Origin: Nemertoderma westbladi
Taxonomy: Eukaryota; Animalia; Xenacoelomorpha
Length of the DNA stretch: 64,000 nt
Reading direction: 5' to 3'
NCBI GenBank assembly: GCA_032718475.1
Contig: JAUCBJ010002220.1
Location: 57,653-121,652 of the forward strand
Both the position numbers and the translations under genes were made by a program. Under the pieces are notes generated by a model that saw only the letters and a list, made by a program, of their open reading frames with translations, was not told the DNA's origin and made no database searches. This document shows positions 14,001-27,900 of the stretch, piece after piece. Each line of letters begins with the position of its first letter. The stretch's first letter is position 1.

Positions 14001-17000
14001 ATAGTAAAGAATCAGAGGATATTTTGATAAATTATTGCAGAAAAACACCAATTATTTTGACATGGCTTTAATACTTCATTATGTTCATGAAAAAACTGAG
14101 ATATTTGAGGTGAATTATTGCATTACATATTAACTTTGGCTCCAGCCGCTTTGGCAATACGATGAAACTATAATAAATATTCTAGAACAGAACATTATTA
14201 ACAGGGAAATAGGCTACTTATCTCTTCACTCTGAGAGCCTCAAAAAGGGGGTGTTCCGACGCAATCAAAATTCATCCATCTCCAGGGGAAAGACGAAGCA
14301 AAGAACAGCTGATTAATTCTAGAAATGTAAGTGTTACCTGTTCTTTTGACTTTCATTTAAGATTGTTTATCTTGTGGAGTGGGTTAGAAGTCATAAATAT
14401 GAAAATCGATGTCGTTTTTTGTAAAAAATCTGAGGATATTTTGATAAATTATTCCTGAAAAACCCCAAGGATTTTGACATGGCTTTAATACTCATTATAT
14501 TCATGAAAAAACTGAGATATTTGAGGTGAATTATTGCATTACATAATAACGTTAACTCCAGCCACATTAGCAATACGATGAAACTATAATAAAAATTCTA
14601 GACCACAACAAGATTAATAGGGAGATAGGCTACTTATCTCTTCATTCTGAGAGCCTCAAAAAGGGGGTGTTCCGACGCAATCAAAATTCATCCATCTCCT
14701 GGGGAAAGACGAAGCAAAGAACAGCTGATTACTTCTAGAAATGTAAGTGTTACCTGTTCTTTTGACTTTCATTTAAGATTGTTTATCTTGTGGAGTGGGT
14801 TAGAAATCATGAATATGAAAATCGATGTCGTTTTTTGTAAAAAATCTGAGGATATTTTGATAAATTATTGCTAAAAAACCCCAAGGATTTTGACATGGCT
14901 AATACTTCATTATGTTCATGAAAATACTGAGATATTTGAGGTGAATTATTGCGTTACATATTAACTTTGGCTCCAGCCGCTTTGGCAATACGATGAAACT
15001 ATAATAAATATTCTAGAACACAACAATATTAACAGGGAGATAGGCTACTTATCTCTCCACTCTGAGAGCCTCAAAAAGGGGGTGTTCCGACGCAATCAAA
15101 ATTCAACCGTATCCAGGGGAAAGACGAAGCAAATAACAGCTGATTACTTCTATAAATGAAGTGTTACCTGTTCTTATGACTTTCGTTTAAGATTGTTTAT
15201 CTTGTGGAGTGGGTTAGAAGTCATAAATATGAAAATCGATGTCGTTTTTTGTAAAAAATCTGAGGATATTTTGATAAATTATTGCTCAAAAACCCCAAGG
15301 ATTTTGACATGGCTAATACTTCATTATGTTCATGAAAATACTGAGATATTTGAGGTGAATTATTGCGTTACATAATAACGTTAACTCCAGCCACATTAGC
15401 AATACGATGAAACTATAATAAAAATTCTAGACCACAACAATATTAATAGGGAGATAGGCTACTTATCTCTTCATTCTGAGAGCCTCAAAAAGGGGGTGTT
15501 CCGATGCAATCAAAATTCATCCATCTCCTGGGGAAAGACGAAGCAAAGAACAGCTGATTAATTCTAGAAATGTAAGTGTTACCTGTTCTTTTGACTTTCA
15601 TTTAAGATTGTTTATCTTGTGGAGTGGGTTAGAAGTCATAAATATGAAAATCGATATGGTTATAGTAAAGAATCAGAGGATATTTTGATAAATTATTGCA
15701 GAAAAACCCCAAGGATTTTGACATGGCTTTAATACTCATTATATTCATGAAAAAACTGAGATATTTGAGGTGAATTATTGCATTACATAATAACGTTAAC
15801 TCCAGCCACATTAGCAATACGATGAAACTATAATAAAAATTCTAGACCACAACAATATTAATAGGGAGATAGGCTACTTATCTCTTCATTCTGAGAGCCT
15901 CAAAAAGGGGGTGTTCCGACGCAATCAAAATTCATCCATCTCCTGGGGAAAGACGAAGCAAAGAACAGCTGATTACTTCTAGAAATGTAAGTGTTACCTG
16001 TTCTTTTGACTTTCATTTAAGATTGTTTATCTTGTGGAGTGGGTTAGAAATCATGAATATGAAAATCGATGTCGTTTTTTGTAAAAAATCTGAGGATATT
16101 TTGATAAATTATTGCTAAAAAACCCCAAGGATTTTGACATGGCTAATACTTCATTATGTTCATGAAAATACTGAGATATTTGAGGTGAATTATTGCGTTA
16201 CATATTAACTTTGGCTCCAGCCGCTTTGGCAATACGATGAAACTATAATAAATATTCTAGAACACAACAATATTAACAGGGAGATAGGCTACTTATCTCT
16301 CCACTCTGAGAGCCTCAAAAAGGGGGTGTTCCGACGCAATCAAAATTCAACCGTATCCAGGGGAAAGACGAAGCAAATAACAGCTGATTACTTCTATAAA
16401 TGAAGTGTTACCTGTTCTTATGACTTTCGTTTAAGATTGTTTATCTTGTGGAGTGGGTTAGAAGTCATAAATATGAAAATCGATGTCGTTTTTTGTAAAA
16501 AATCTGAGGATATTTTGATAAATTATTGCTCAAAAACCCCAAGGATTTTGACATGGCTAATACTTCATTATGTTCATGAAAATACTGAGATATTTGAGGT
16601 GAATTATTGCGTTACATATTAACTTTGGCTCCAGCCGCTTTGGCAATACGATGAAACTATAATAAATATTCTAGAACACAACAATATTAACAGGGAGATA
16701 GGCTACTTATCTCTCCACTCTGAGAGCCTCAAAAAGGGGGTGTTCCGACGCAATCAAAATTCAACCATCTCCAGGGGAAAGACGAAGCAAATAACAGCTG
16801 ATTACTTCTATAAATGTAAGTGTTACCTGTTCTTATGACTTTCGTTTAAGATTCTCTATCTCGTGGAGTGGATTAGAAGTTATAAATATGAAAATCGATG
16901 TGGTTTTTAAAAAAATCAGAGGATATTTTGATAAATTATTGCTGAAAAACCCCAAGGATTTTGACATGGCTTTAATACTCATTATATTCATGAAATAGCT

Positions 17001-20000
17001 GAGATATTTGAGGTGAATTTCTTGTATCACATATTAACTTCGGCTCCAGACGCTTTGGCAATACGATGAAACTATAATAAATATTCTAGACCACAACAAT
17101 ATTAACAGGGAGATAGGCTACTTATCTCTTCATTCTGAGAGCCTCAAAAAGGGGGTGTTCCGACGCATTCAAAATTCATCCATCTCCTGGGGAAAGACGA
17201 AGCAAATAACAGTTGATTACTTCTATAAAGGAAAGTGTTACCTGCTCCTTTGACTTTCATTTAAGATTCTTTATCTTTTGGAGTGGGTTAGAAGTCATGA
17301 ATATGAAAAACGATGTCGTTTTTTGTAAAAAATCTCAGGATATTTTGATAAATTATTCCTGAAAAACCCCAAGGATTTTGACATGGCTTTAATACTCATT
17401 ATATTCATGAAAAAACTGAGATATTTGAGGTGAATTATTGCATTACATAATAACGTTAACTCCAGCCACATTAGCAATACGATGAAACTATAATAAAAAT
17501 TCTAGACCACAACAATATTAATAGGGAGATAGGCTACTTATCTCTTCATTCTGAGAGCCTCAAAAAGGGGGTGTTCCGACGCAATCAAAATTCATCCATC
17601 TCCTGGGGAAAGACGAAGCAAAGAACAGCTGATTACTTCTAGAAATGTAAGTGTTACCTGTTCTTTTGACTTTCATTTAAGATTGTTTATCTTGTGGAGT
17701 GGGTTAGAAATCATGAATATGAAAATCGATGTCGTTTTTTGTAAAAAATCTGAGGATATTTTGATAAATTATTGCTAAAAAACCCCAAGGATTTTGACAT
17801 GGCTAATACTTCATTATGTTCATGAAAATACTGAGATATTTGAGGTGAATTATTGCGTTACATATTAACTTTGGCTCCAGCCGCTTTGGCAATACGATGA
17901 AACTATAATAAATATTCTAGAACACAACAATATTAACAGGGAGATAGGCTACTTATCTCTCCACTCTGAGAGCCTCAAAAAGGGGGTGTTCCGACGCAAT
18001 CAAAATTCAACCGTATCCAGGGGAAAGACGAAGCAAATAACAGCTGATTACTTCTATAAATGAAGTGTTACCTGTTCTTATGACTTTCGTTTAAGATTGT
18101 TTATCTTGTGAAGTGGGTTAGAAGTCATAAATATGAAAATCGATGTCGTTTTTTGTAAAAAATCTGAGGATATTTTGATAAATTATTGCTCAAAAACCCC
18201 AAGGATTTTGACATGGCTAATACTTCATTATGTTCATGAAAATACTGAGATATTTGAGGTGAATTATTGCGTTACATAATAACGTTAACTCCAGCCACAT
18301 TAGCAATACGATGAAACTATAATAAAAATTCTAGACCACAACAATATTAATAGGGAGATAGGCTACTTATCTCTTCATTCTGAGAGCCTCAAAAAGGGGG
18401 TGTTCCGATGCAATCAAAATTCATCCATCTCCTGGGGAAAGACGAAGCAAAGAACAGCTGATTAATTCTAGAAATGTAAGTGTTACCTGTTCTTTTGACT
18501 TTCATTTAAGATTGTTTATCTTGTGGAGTGGGTTAGAAGTCATAAATATGAAAATCGATATGGTTATAGTAAAGAATCAGAGGATATTTTGATAAATTAT
18601 TGCAGAAAAACACCAATTATTTTGACATGGCTTTAATACTTCATTATGTTCATGAAAAAACTGAGATATTTGAGGTGAATTATTGCATTACATATTAACT
18701 TTGGCACCAGCCGCTTTGGCAATACGATGAAACTATAATAAATATTCTAGAACAGAACATTATTAACAGGGAAATAGGCTACTTATCTCTTCACTCTGAG
18801 AGCCTCAAAAAGGGGGTGTTCCGACGCAATCAAAATTCATCCATCTCCAGGGGAAAGACGAAGCAAAGAACAGCTGATTAATTCTAGAAATGTAAGTGTT
18901 ACCTGTTCTTTTGACTTTCATTTAAAATTGTTTATCTTGTGGAGTGGGTTAGAAGTCATAAATATGAAAATCGATGTCGTTTTTTGTAAAAAATCTGAGG
19001 ATATTTTGATAAATTATTCCTGAAAAACCCCAAGGATTTTGACATGGCTTTAATACTCATTATATTCATGAAAAAACTGAGATATTTGAGGTGAATTATT
19101 GCATTACATAATAACGTTAACTCCAGCCACATTAGCAATACGATGAAACTATAATAAAAATTCTAGACCACAACAATATTAATAGGGAGATAGGCTACTT
19201 ATCTCTTCATTCTGAGAGCCTCAAAAAGGGGGTGTTCCGACGCAATCAAAATTCATCCATCTCCTGGGGAAAGACGAAGCAAAGAACAGCTGATTACTTC
19301 TAGAAATGTAAGTGTTACCTGTTCTTTTGACTTTCATTTAAGATTGTTTATCTTGTGGAGTGGGTTAGAAATCATGAATATGAAAATCGATGTCGTTTTT
19401 TGTAAAAAATCTGAGGATATTTTGATAAATTATTGCTAAAAAACCCCAAGGATTTTGACATGGCTAATACTTCATTATGTTCATGAAAATACTGAGATAT
19501 TTGAGGTGAATTATTGCGTTACATATTAACTTTGGCTCCAGCCGCTTTGGCAATACGATGAAACTATAATAAATATTCTAGAACACAACAATATTAACAG
19601 GGAGATAGGCTACTTATCTCTCCACTCTGAGAGCCTCAAAAAGGGGGTGTTCCGACGCAATCAAAATTCAACCGTATCCAGGGGAAAGACGAAGCAAATA
19701 ACAGCTGATTACTTCTATAAATGAAGTGTTACCTGTTCTTATGACTTTCGTTTAAGATTGTTTATCTTGTGGAGTGGGTTAGAAGTCATAAATATGAAAA
19801 TCGATGTCGTTTTTTGTAAAAAATCTGAGGATATTTTGATAAATTATTGCTCAAAAACCCCAAGGATTTTGACATGGCTAATACTTCATTATGTTCATGA
19901 AAATACTGAGATATTTGAGGTGAATTATTGCGTTACATATTAACTTTGGCTCCAGCCGCTTTGGCAATACGATGAAACTATAATAAATATTCTAGAACAC

Positions 20001-22927
20001 AACAATATTAACAGGGAGATTGGCTACTTATCTCTCCACTCTGAGAGCCTCAAAAAGGGGGTGTTCCGACGCAATCAAAATTCAACCATCTCCAGGGGAA
20101 AGACGAAGCAAATAACAGCTGATTACTTCTATAAATGTAAGTGTTACCTGTTCTTTTGACTTTCGTTTAAGATTGTCTATCTCTTGGAGTGGGTTAGAAG
20201 TCATGAATATGAAAATCGATGTCGTTTTTAGTAAAAAATCAGAGAAGATTTTAATATATAATTGCTGAAAAACACCATGTATTTTGACAAGGATTTAATA
20301 CTCATTATATTCATGAAATAGCAGAGATATTTGAGGTGAATTATTGCATTACATATTAACTTTGGCTCCAGCCGCTTTGGCAATACGATTAAACTATAAT
20401 AAATATTCTAGAACACAACAAAATTAACAGGGAGATAGGCTACTCATCTCTTCACTCTGACAGCCTCAAAAAGGGGGTGTTCCGACGCAATCAAAATTCA
20501 TCAATCTCCAGGGGATTGATGAAGCAAAGAACAGCTGATTACTTCTATAAATGTAAGTGTTACCTGTTCTTTTGACTTTCATTTAAGATTCGCTATCTCG
20601 TGGAGTGTATTAGAAGTTATAAATATGAAAATCGATGTGGTTTTTGAAAAAAATCAGAGGATATTTTGATAAATTATTGCTGAAAAACCCCAAGCATTTT
20701 GACATGGCTTTAATACTTCATTATATTCATGAAATAGCTGAGATATTTAAGGTGAATTATTGTATCACATATTAATTTCGGCTCCAGCCGCTTTGGCAAT
20801 ACGATGAAACTATAATAAATATTCTAGAACACAACAATATTAACAGGGAGATAGGCTACTTATCTCTTCACTCTGAGAGCCTCAAAAATGGGGTGTTCCG
20901 ACGCAATCAAATTTCATCCATCTCCAGGGGAAAGACGAAGCAAAGAACAGCTGATTACTTCTATAAATGAAAGTGTTACCTGCTCTTTTGACTTTCATTT
21001 AAGATTCGCTATCTCATGGAGTGGGTTAGAAGTTATAAATATAAAAATTGATGTGGTTTTTCAAAAAAATCAAAGGATATTTTGATTAATTATTGCTGAT
21101 AAACACTAAGGATTTTGACAGGGCTTTAAACTTCATTATGTTCATGAAATAGCTGAGATACTTGAGGTGAATTGTTGCATTATATATTAACTTCAGCTCC
21201 AGTCTCTTTGGCAATACGATGAAACTATAATAAATATTCTAGAACACAACAATATTAACAGGGAGATAGGATACTTATCTCTTCACTCTGAGAGCCTCAA
21301 AAAGGGTGTTTTCCGACGCAATCAAAATTCATCCATCTACAGGGGAAAAACGAAGCAAAGAACAGTTGATTTCTTCTATAAATGTAAGTGTTACCTGCTC
21401 CTTTGACTTTCATTTAAGATTATTTATCTTTTGGAGTTGGTTAGAAGTCATGAATATGAAGAACGATGTCGTTTTATGTAAAAAATCTCAGGATATTTTG
21501 ATAAATTATTGCTGAAAAACCCCAAGCATTTTGACATGGCTTTAATACTTCATTATATTCATGAAATAGCTGAGATATTTGAGGTGAATTATTGCATTAC
21601 ATATTAACTTTGGCTCCAGCCGCTTTGGCAATACGATTAAACTATAATAAATATTCTAGAACACAACAAAATTAACAGGGAGATAGGCTACTCATCTCTT
21701 CACTCTGACAGCCTCAAAAAGGGGGTGTTCCGACGCAATCAAAATTCATCAATCTCCAGGGGATTGATGAAGCAAAGAACAGCTGATTACTTCTATAAAT
21801 GTAAGTGTTACCTGTTCTTTTGACTTTCATTTAAGATTCGCTATCTCGTGGAGTGTATTAGAAGTTATAAATATGAAAATCGATGTGGTTTTTGAAAAAA
21901 ATCAGAGGATATTTTGATAAATTATTGCTGAAAAACCCCAAGCATTTTGACATGGCTTTAATACTTCATTATATTTATGAAATAGCTGAGATATTTGAGG
22001 TGAATTATTGTATCACATATTAACTTCGGCTCCAGGCGCTTTGGCAATACGATGAAACTATAATATATATTCTAGAACACAACAATATTAACAGGGAGAT
22101 AGGCTAATTATCTCTTCACTCTGAGAGCCTCAAAAAGGGGGTGTTCCGACGCAATCAAAATTCATCCATCTCCAGGGGAAAGACGAAGCAAATAACAGCT
22201 GATTACTTCTATAAATGTAAGTGTTACCAGTTCTTTTGACTTTCATTTAAGATTCTTTATCTTGTGGAGTGGGTTAGAAGTCATGAATAAGAAAATCGAT
22301 TTCGTTTTTTGTAAAAAATCTGAGGATATTTTGATAAATTATTGCTGAAAAACCCCAAGGATTTTGACATGGCTTTGATACTTCATTATTTTTCATGTAA
22401 ATCTGAGATATTTGAGGTGAATTATTGCATTACATAATAACTTTAACTGCAGCCACATTAGCAATACGATGAAACTATAATAAATATTCTAGAACACAAC
22501 AATATTAACAGGGAGATAGGCTACTTATCTCTCCACTCTGAGAGCCTGAAAAAAGGGGGTGTTCCGACGCTATCAAAATTAATCCATCTCCTGGGGAAAG
22601 ACGAAGCAAAGAACAGTTGATTACTTCTATAAATGAAAGTGTTACCTGCTCCTTTGACTTTCATTTAAGATTCTTTATCTTTTGGAGTGGGTTAGAAGTC
22701 ATGAATATGAAAAACGATATCGTTTTTTGTAAAAAATCTGAGGATATTTTGATAAATTATTGGTGAAAAACCCCAAGGATTTTGACATGGCTTTAATACT
22801 TCATTATGTTCATGAAAAAACTGAGATATTTGAGGTGAATTATTGCATTACATAATAACTTTAACTCCAGCCACTTTAGCAATACGATGAAACTATAATA
22901 AATATTCTAGAACACAACAATATTAAC

Positions 22928-24817
22928 ATGGAGATAGGCTATTTATTTCTCCACGATCCCGCCGAGTCCGTCCCACTGTTGACTCCACCCGCTGTCCCTC
23001 TGACGACTCAACCCACTGAGTCCGACCCAATGCTGACTCAACCAGCTGACGCGCCATCGACTCAACCCACTGACCCGCCGTCGACTCTACCAGCCGATCC
23101 GTTGACGACTCAACCCGCCGACTTGCCGTTGACTCTACCATCCGACTCACCATCGACTGCAACCGCAGACCCGCCTTTGCCTCCACCCGGCACCTTGCCG
23201 TCGACTCCACCCACTGATCCACCATTGACTCAACCCGTGGACCCGCCGTTGATTGAACCTGGCAGCCCAACTGTCTCACAGAAGCAGTGTTGGTATGCCG
23301 ATGATGCCTCCTCGGCAGGTTCACTCGAGGGGGTGATGGCTTGGTGGGAGGAGCTGCTTCGTGTCGGACCCCGAATCGGTTATAACCCGGAGCCCACCAA
23401 GTCCTACTTGGTGGTCAAACCCGAGGTTGCGGAGCGAGCACGGCAGATGTTTGGGGCCTCGGGGGTCCAGATTGTTCCCGGGCACCGATTCCTGGGGGGT
23501 TATGTGGGCGACTCACTGGGTTTGCGCGAGTTTATCGCCGAGAAGGTCTCTGGGTGGGTTTGGAGTATTGGTCGTCTCGCCGAGGTGGCCGAGGAGTTCC
23601 CCCAGACCGCCCACACTGGGTTGACCCGCTGTGTTCAGGCAGAGTGGGATTACCTGTTGCGGGTGGTGGACACAGAGGTGGAGGATGTGGCGCCCATCCG
23701 TTCGGCACTGTTGCGCCAGTTTATCCCGGCTCTGTTTGGTTTGCCTGGGTCTGTCGACGAGGAGTTGCTCCTCCTCCCAGTTCGACATGGCGGCATTGGG
23801 ATCCGTGATCCGACGGTGCGCCGTGGCCCCGCCCGTGAGGCGTCTCTCGCTGGAACGGTCAGGGTGGTTGACGCCATGACTACGGGTCGCCCCCTCCATG
23901 TCGCGGACCACACAGCCTGTCTCGCCTCCGCCCTCGCCGAGAGCCGGATCACTCAGGATGCGGCCTACAAGGTGATACAGGTGAACGCACTCCAAGCCAT
24001 TCCCTCGGAACGACGACGCACCGTCGAACGTACGATGTCCCATAAGACTGGGGGATGGCTGACGGCGCAGCCCTCTGTGGTCGACCACACTGACCTCGAC
24101 CCAGAGGTGTTCCGGGACAACCTCGCCTTGAGGTATGGACGGACGCCGCCGGGCCTCCCGGCAAAATGCGAGGGGTGTGGGGAGTCATTCTCGACGTCCC
24201 ACGCCCTTAATTGCAAGTCGGGGGGCCTGATCATAAAGCGGCACAACGAGGTGAGGGAGGTGTTCGGGGACCTCATTGCGTCCGCGTTCGGGGGCTCATG
24301 CGTCCAGCGGGAGGTTACGTTGGCGTCCGGCTACCTGGACAGACAGGGCCGCGAGGTGGGTGGAGTTAGGGCGGATCACCTGGCGAGGGGAGTCTGGGCC
24401 GAACAGAGGGTGGCGTCTTTCGACATTGCGATTGTTAACGCCGACGCCCCCTCATACGTTAATCGGTCCCTGGACTCCGTACTCGAGCAGCGAGTTCGTT
24501 CCAAGATGGTCCACTACAGCGGGGTGTGCGAAGATCGTCGGATCTCCTTCACCCCCCTAGTCGGAACCACCGACGGGGTGTGGTGCAAGGAGGCCGATAT
24601 TCTGATCCGCCACCTCGCTGAGACCCTCGTGGCCCGGCAGCGGGGGATGCGCGAGCGAGGCCTAGCTTGTGTGTTAGGGGGAGTTCGGAGGCGCTTACAG
24701 TTCGCGCTTCTGCGCTCGAGCTCCCTGTGCCTGCGTGGTGGTAGGCGGCCATGGAGGCCGCTCGGATTTGGGGACGGTGCCGGTCTGCGGGGGTCTGACC
24801 TTCCTGATCGGTACTGA
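22928..24817 (+). CDS. Truncated RT / zinc knuckle / RLE endonuclease ORF of the CRE-like element (ATG supplied by flanking satellite)
   Basis: Motifs WYADD (YADD 23294-23305), GPRIGYNPEPTKS, RFLGG, LPVRHGGIGI, CEGC-x7-H-x3-C, RHNEVR, RAD and FDIAI. RT motifs upstream of YADD are absent. Confidence 0.82.
   Translation: MEIGYLFLHDPAESVPLLTPPAVPLTTQPTESDPMLTQPADAPSTQPTDPPSTLPADPLTTQPADLPLTLPSDSPSTATADPPLPPPGTLPSTPPTDPPLTQPVDPPLIEPGSPTVSQKQCWYADDASSAGSLEGVMAWWEELLRVGPRIGYNPEPTKSYLVVKPEVAERARQMFGASGVQIVPGHRFLGGYVGDSLGLREFIAEKVSGWVWSIGRLAEVAEEFPQTAHTGLTRCVQAEWDYLLRVVDTEVEDVAPIRSALLRQFIPALFGLPGSVDEELLLLPVRHGGIGIRDPTVRRGPAREASLAGTVRVVDAMTTGRPLHVADHTACLASALAESRITQDAAYKVIQVNALQAIPSERRRTVERTMSHKTGGWLTAQPSVVDHTDLDPEVFRDNLALRYGRTPPGLPAKCEGCGESFSTSHALNCKSGGLIIKRHNEVREVFGDLIASAFGGSCVQREVTLASGYLDRQGREVGGVRADHLARGVWAEQRVASFDIAIVNADAPSYVNRSLDSVLEQRVRSKMVHYSGVCEDRRISFTPLVGTTDGVWCKEADILIRHLAETLVARQRGMRERGLACVLGGVRRRLQFALLRSSSLCLRGGRRPWRPLGFGDGAGLRGSDLPDRY
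22955..23260 (+). repeat. Degenerate 24-bp (8-aa, TQPADPPL-like) coding tandem repeat
   Basis: GACTCAACCC/GACTCTACC units recur about every 24 bp and translate as TQPADAPS-TQPTDPPS-TLPADPLT-TQPADLPL. The same repeat is in copy 2 (30821-31126). Confidence 0.85.
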
Positions 24818-24965
24818 TCCCTTGCCTCTGAGCTCCAACATATCCTTCCAGTGCTTTGGTGGTAGGCCCGATGATATTTGTGTGGTGGCGGAATTAATTT
24901 TGTTATTTTTGGTGCACATCTTTTTAATTTATGATTTTGTTTTAATAAAATACTCCTTCTTGCCG
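22955..24965 (+). mobile_element. 5'-truncated CRE-like (RLE-type) non-LTR retrotransposon, copy 1
   Basis: GC-rich insert in the satellite with a 14-bp TSD ATTTATTTCTCCAC (22941-22954, 24966-24979). It encodes the RT C-terminal half, a zinc knuckle and a restriction-like endonuclease. AATAAA lies near the 3' end. Confidence 0.88.
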
Positions 24966-27900
24966 ATTTATTTCTCCACTCAGACAGCCACAGATAGGGA
25001 GGGGTGTTTTGACACAATCAAAATTCAACCATCTCCAGGGGAAAGACGAAGCAAATAACAGCTGATTACTTCTATAAAGGAAAGTGTTACCTGTTCTTTT
25101 GACTTTCATTTAAGATTCTCTATCTCGTGGAGTGGGTTAGAAGTCATGAATATGAAGAACGATGTCGTTTTTTGTAAAAAATCCCAGGATATTTTGATAA
25201 ATTATTGCTGAAAAACCCCAAGGATTTTGACATGGCTTTAATAGTTCATTATGTTAATGAAATAGCTGATAAATTTGAGGTGAGTTGTTGTATTACATAT
25301 TAACTTCGGCTCCAGCCGCTTTGGCAATACGATGAAACTATAATAAATATTCTAGAACACAACAATATTAACAGGGAGATAGGCTACTTATGTCTTCACT
25401 CTGACAGCCTCAAAAAGGGGGTGTTCCGACGCAATCAAAATTCATCAATCTCCAGGGGAATGATGAAGCAAAGAACAGCTGATTACTTCTATAAATGTAA
25501 GTGTTACCTGTTCTTTTGACTTTCATTTAAGATTCGCTATCTCGTGGAGTGGATTAGAAGTTATAAATATGAAAATCGATGTGGTTTTTGAAAAAAATCA
25601 GAGGATATTTTGATAAATTATTGCTGAAAAACCCCAAGCATTTTGACATGGCTTTAATACTTCATTATATTCATGAAATAGCTGAGATATTTGAGGTGAA
25701 TTATTGTATCACATATTAACTTCGGCTCCAGGCGCTTTGGCAATACGATGAAACTATAATATATATTCTAGAACACAACAATATTAACAGGGAGATAGGC
25801 TAATTATCTCTTCACTCTGAGAGCCTCAAAAAGGGGGTGTTCCGACCCAATCAAAATTCATCCATCTCCAGGGGAAAGACGAAGCAAATAACAGCTGATT
25901 ACTTCTATAAATGTAAGTGTTACCAGTTCTTTTGACTTTCATTTAAGATTCTTTATCTTGTGGAGTGGGTTAGAAGTCATGAATAAGAAAATCGATTTCG
26001 TTTTTTGTAAAAAATCTGAGGATATTTTGATAAATTATTGCTGAAAAACCCCAAGGATTTTGACATGGCTTTGATACTTCATTATTTTTCATGAAAATCT
26101 GAGATATTTGAGGTAAATTATTGCATTACATAATAACTTTAACTGCAGCCACATTAGCAATACGATGAAACTATAATAAATATTCTAGAACACAACAATA
26201 TTAACAGGGAGATAGGCTACTTATCTCTCCACTCTGAGAGCCTGAAAAAAGGGGGTGTTCCGACGCTATCAAAATTAATCCATCTCCTGGGGAAAGACGA
26301 AGCAAAGAACAGCTGATTACTTCTATAAATGAAAGTGTTACCTGCTCCTTTGACTTTCATTTAAGATTCTTTATCTTTTGGAGTGGGTTAGAAGTCATGA
26401 ATATGAAAAACGATATCGTTTTTTGTAAAAAATCTGAGGATATTTTGATAAATTATTGGTGAAAAACCCCAAGGATTTTGACATGGCTTTAATACTTCAT
26501 TATGTTCATGAAAAAACTGAGATATTTGAGGTGAATTATTGCATTACATAATAACTTTAACTCCAGCCACTTTAGCAATACGATGAAACTATAATAAATA
26601 TTCTAGAACACAACAATATTAACATGGAGATAGGCTATTTATCTCTCCACTCAGACAGCCACAGATAGGGAGGGGTGTTTTGACACAATCAAAATTCAAC
26701 CATCTCCAGGGGAAAGACGAAGCAAATAACAGCTGATTACTTCTATAAAGGAAAGTGTTACCTGTTCTTATGACTTTCGTTTAAGATTCTCTATCTCATG
26801 GAGTGGATTAGAAGTGATAAATATGAAAATCGATGTGGTTTTTGAAAAAAATCAGAGGATATTTTGATAAATTATTGCTGAAAAACCCCAAGGATTTTGA
26901 CATGGCTTTATACTCATTATATTCATGAAATAGCTGAGATATTTGAGGTGAATTATTGCGTTACATATTAACTTTGGCTCCAGCCGCTTTGGCAATACGA
27001 TGAAACTATACTAAATATTCTAGAACACAACAATATTAACATGGAGATAGGCTATTTATCTCTGCACTCAGACAGCCACAGATAGGAAGGGGTGTTTTGA
27101 CACAATCAAAATTCAACCATCTCCAGGGGAAAGACGAAGCAAATAACAGCTGATTTCTTCTATAAATGAAAGTGTTACCTGCTCTTTTGACTTTCATTTA
27201 AGATTCGCTATCTCATGGAGTGGGTTAGAAGTTATAAATATAAAAATTGATGTGGTTTTTGAAAAAAATCAAAGGATATTTTGATAAATTATTGCTGAAA
27301 AACCCCAAGGATTTTGACAGGGCTTTAATACTTCAATATGTTCATGAAATAGCTGAGATATTTGAGGTGAATTATTGCGTTACATATTAACTTTGGCTCC
27401 AGCCGCTTTGGCAATACGATGAAACTATACTAAATATTCTAGAACACAACAAAATTAACAGGGAGATAGGCTACTCATCTCTTCACTCTGACAGCCTCAA
27501 AAAGGGGGTGTTCCGACGCAATCAAAATTCATCAATCTCCAGGGGATTGATGAAGCAAAGAACAGCTGATTACTTCTATAAATGTAAGTGTTACCTGTTC
27601 TTTTGACTTTCATTTAAGATTCGCTATCTCGTGGAGTGTATTAGAAGTTATAAATATGAAAATCGATGTGGTTTTTGAAAAAAATCAGAGGATATTTTGA
27701 TAAATTATTGCTGAAAAACCCCAAGCATTTTGACATGGCTTTAATACTTCATTATATTCATGAAATAGCTGAGATATTTAAGGTGAATTATTGTATCACA
27801 TATTAATTTCGGCTCCAGCCGCTTTGGCAATACGATGAAACTATAATAAATATTCTAGAACACAACAATATTAACAGGGAGATAGGCTACTTATCTCTTC

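Larger units (their letters stand above)
21580..27450. repeat. ~5.9-kb array segment (satellite plus CRE-like element) duplicated at +7866 (copy at ~29446-35316)
   Basis: The same rare monomer variants, element truncation point and TSD occur at offset 7866. Boundaries are approximate. Confidence 0.88.

Noticed and set aside
22923-25058. Overlapping antisense and alternate-frame ORFs in the CRE-like and BEL elements
   Set aside because: They are shadows of GC-rich, stop-poor coding sequence and carry no motifs of their own.
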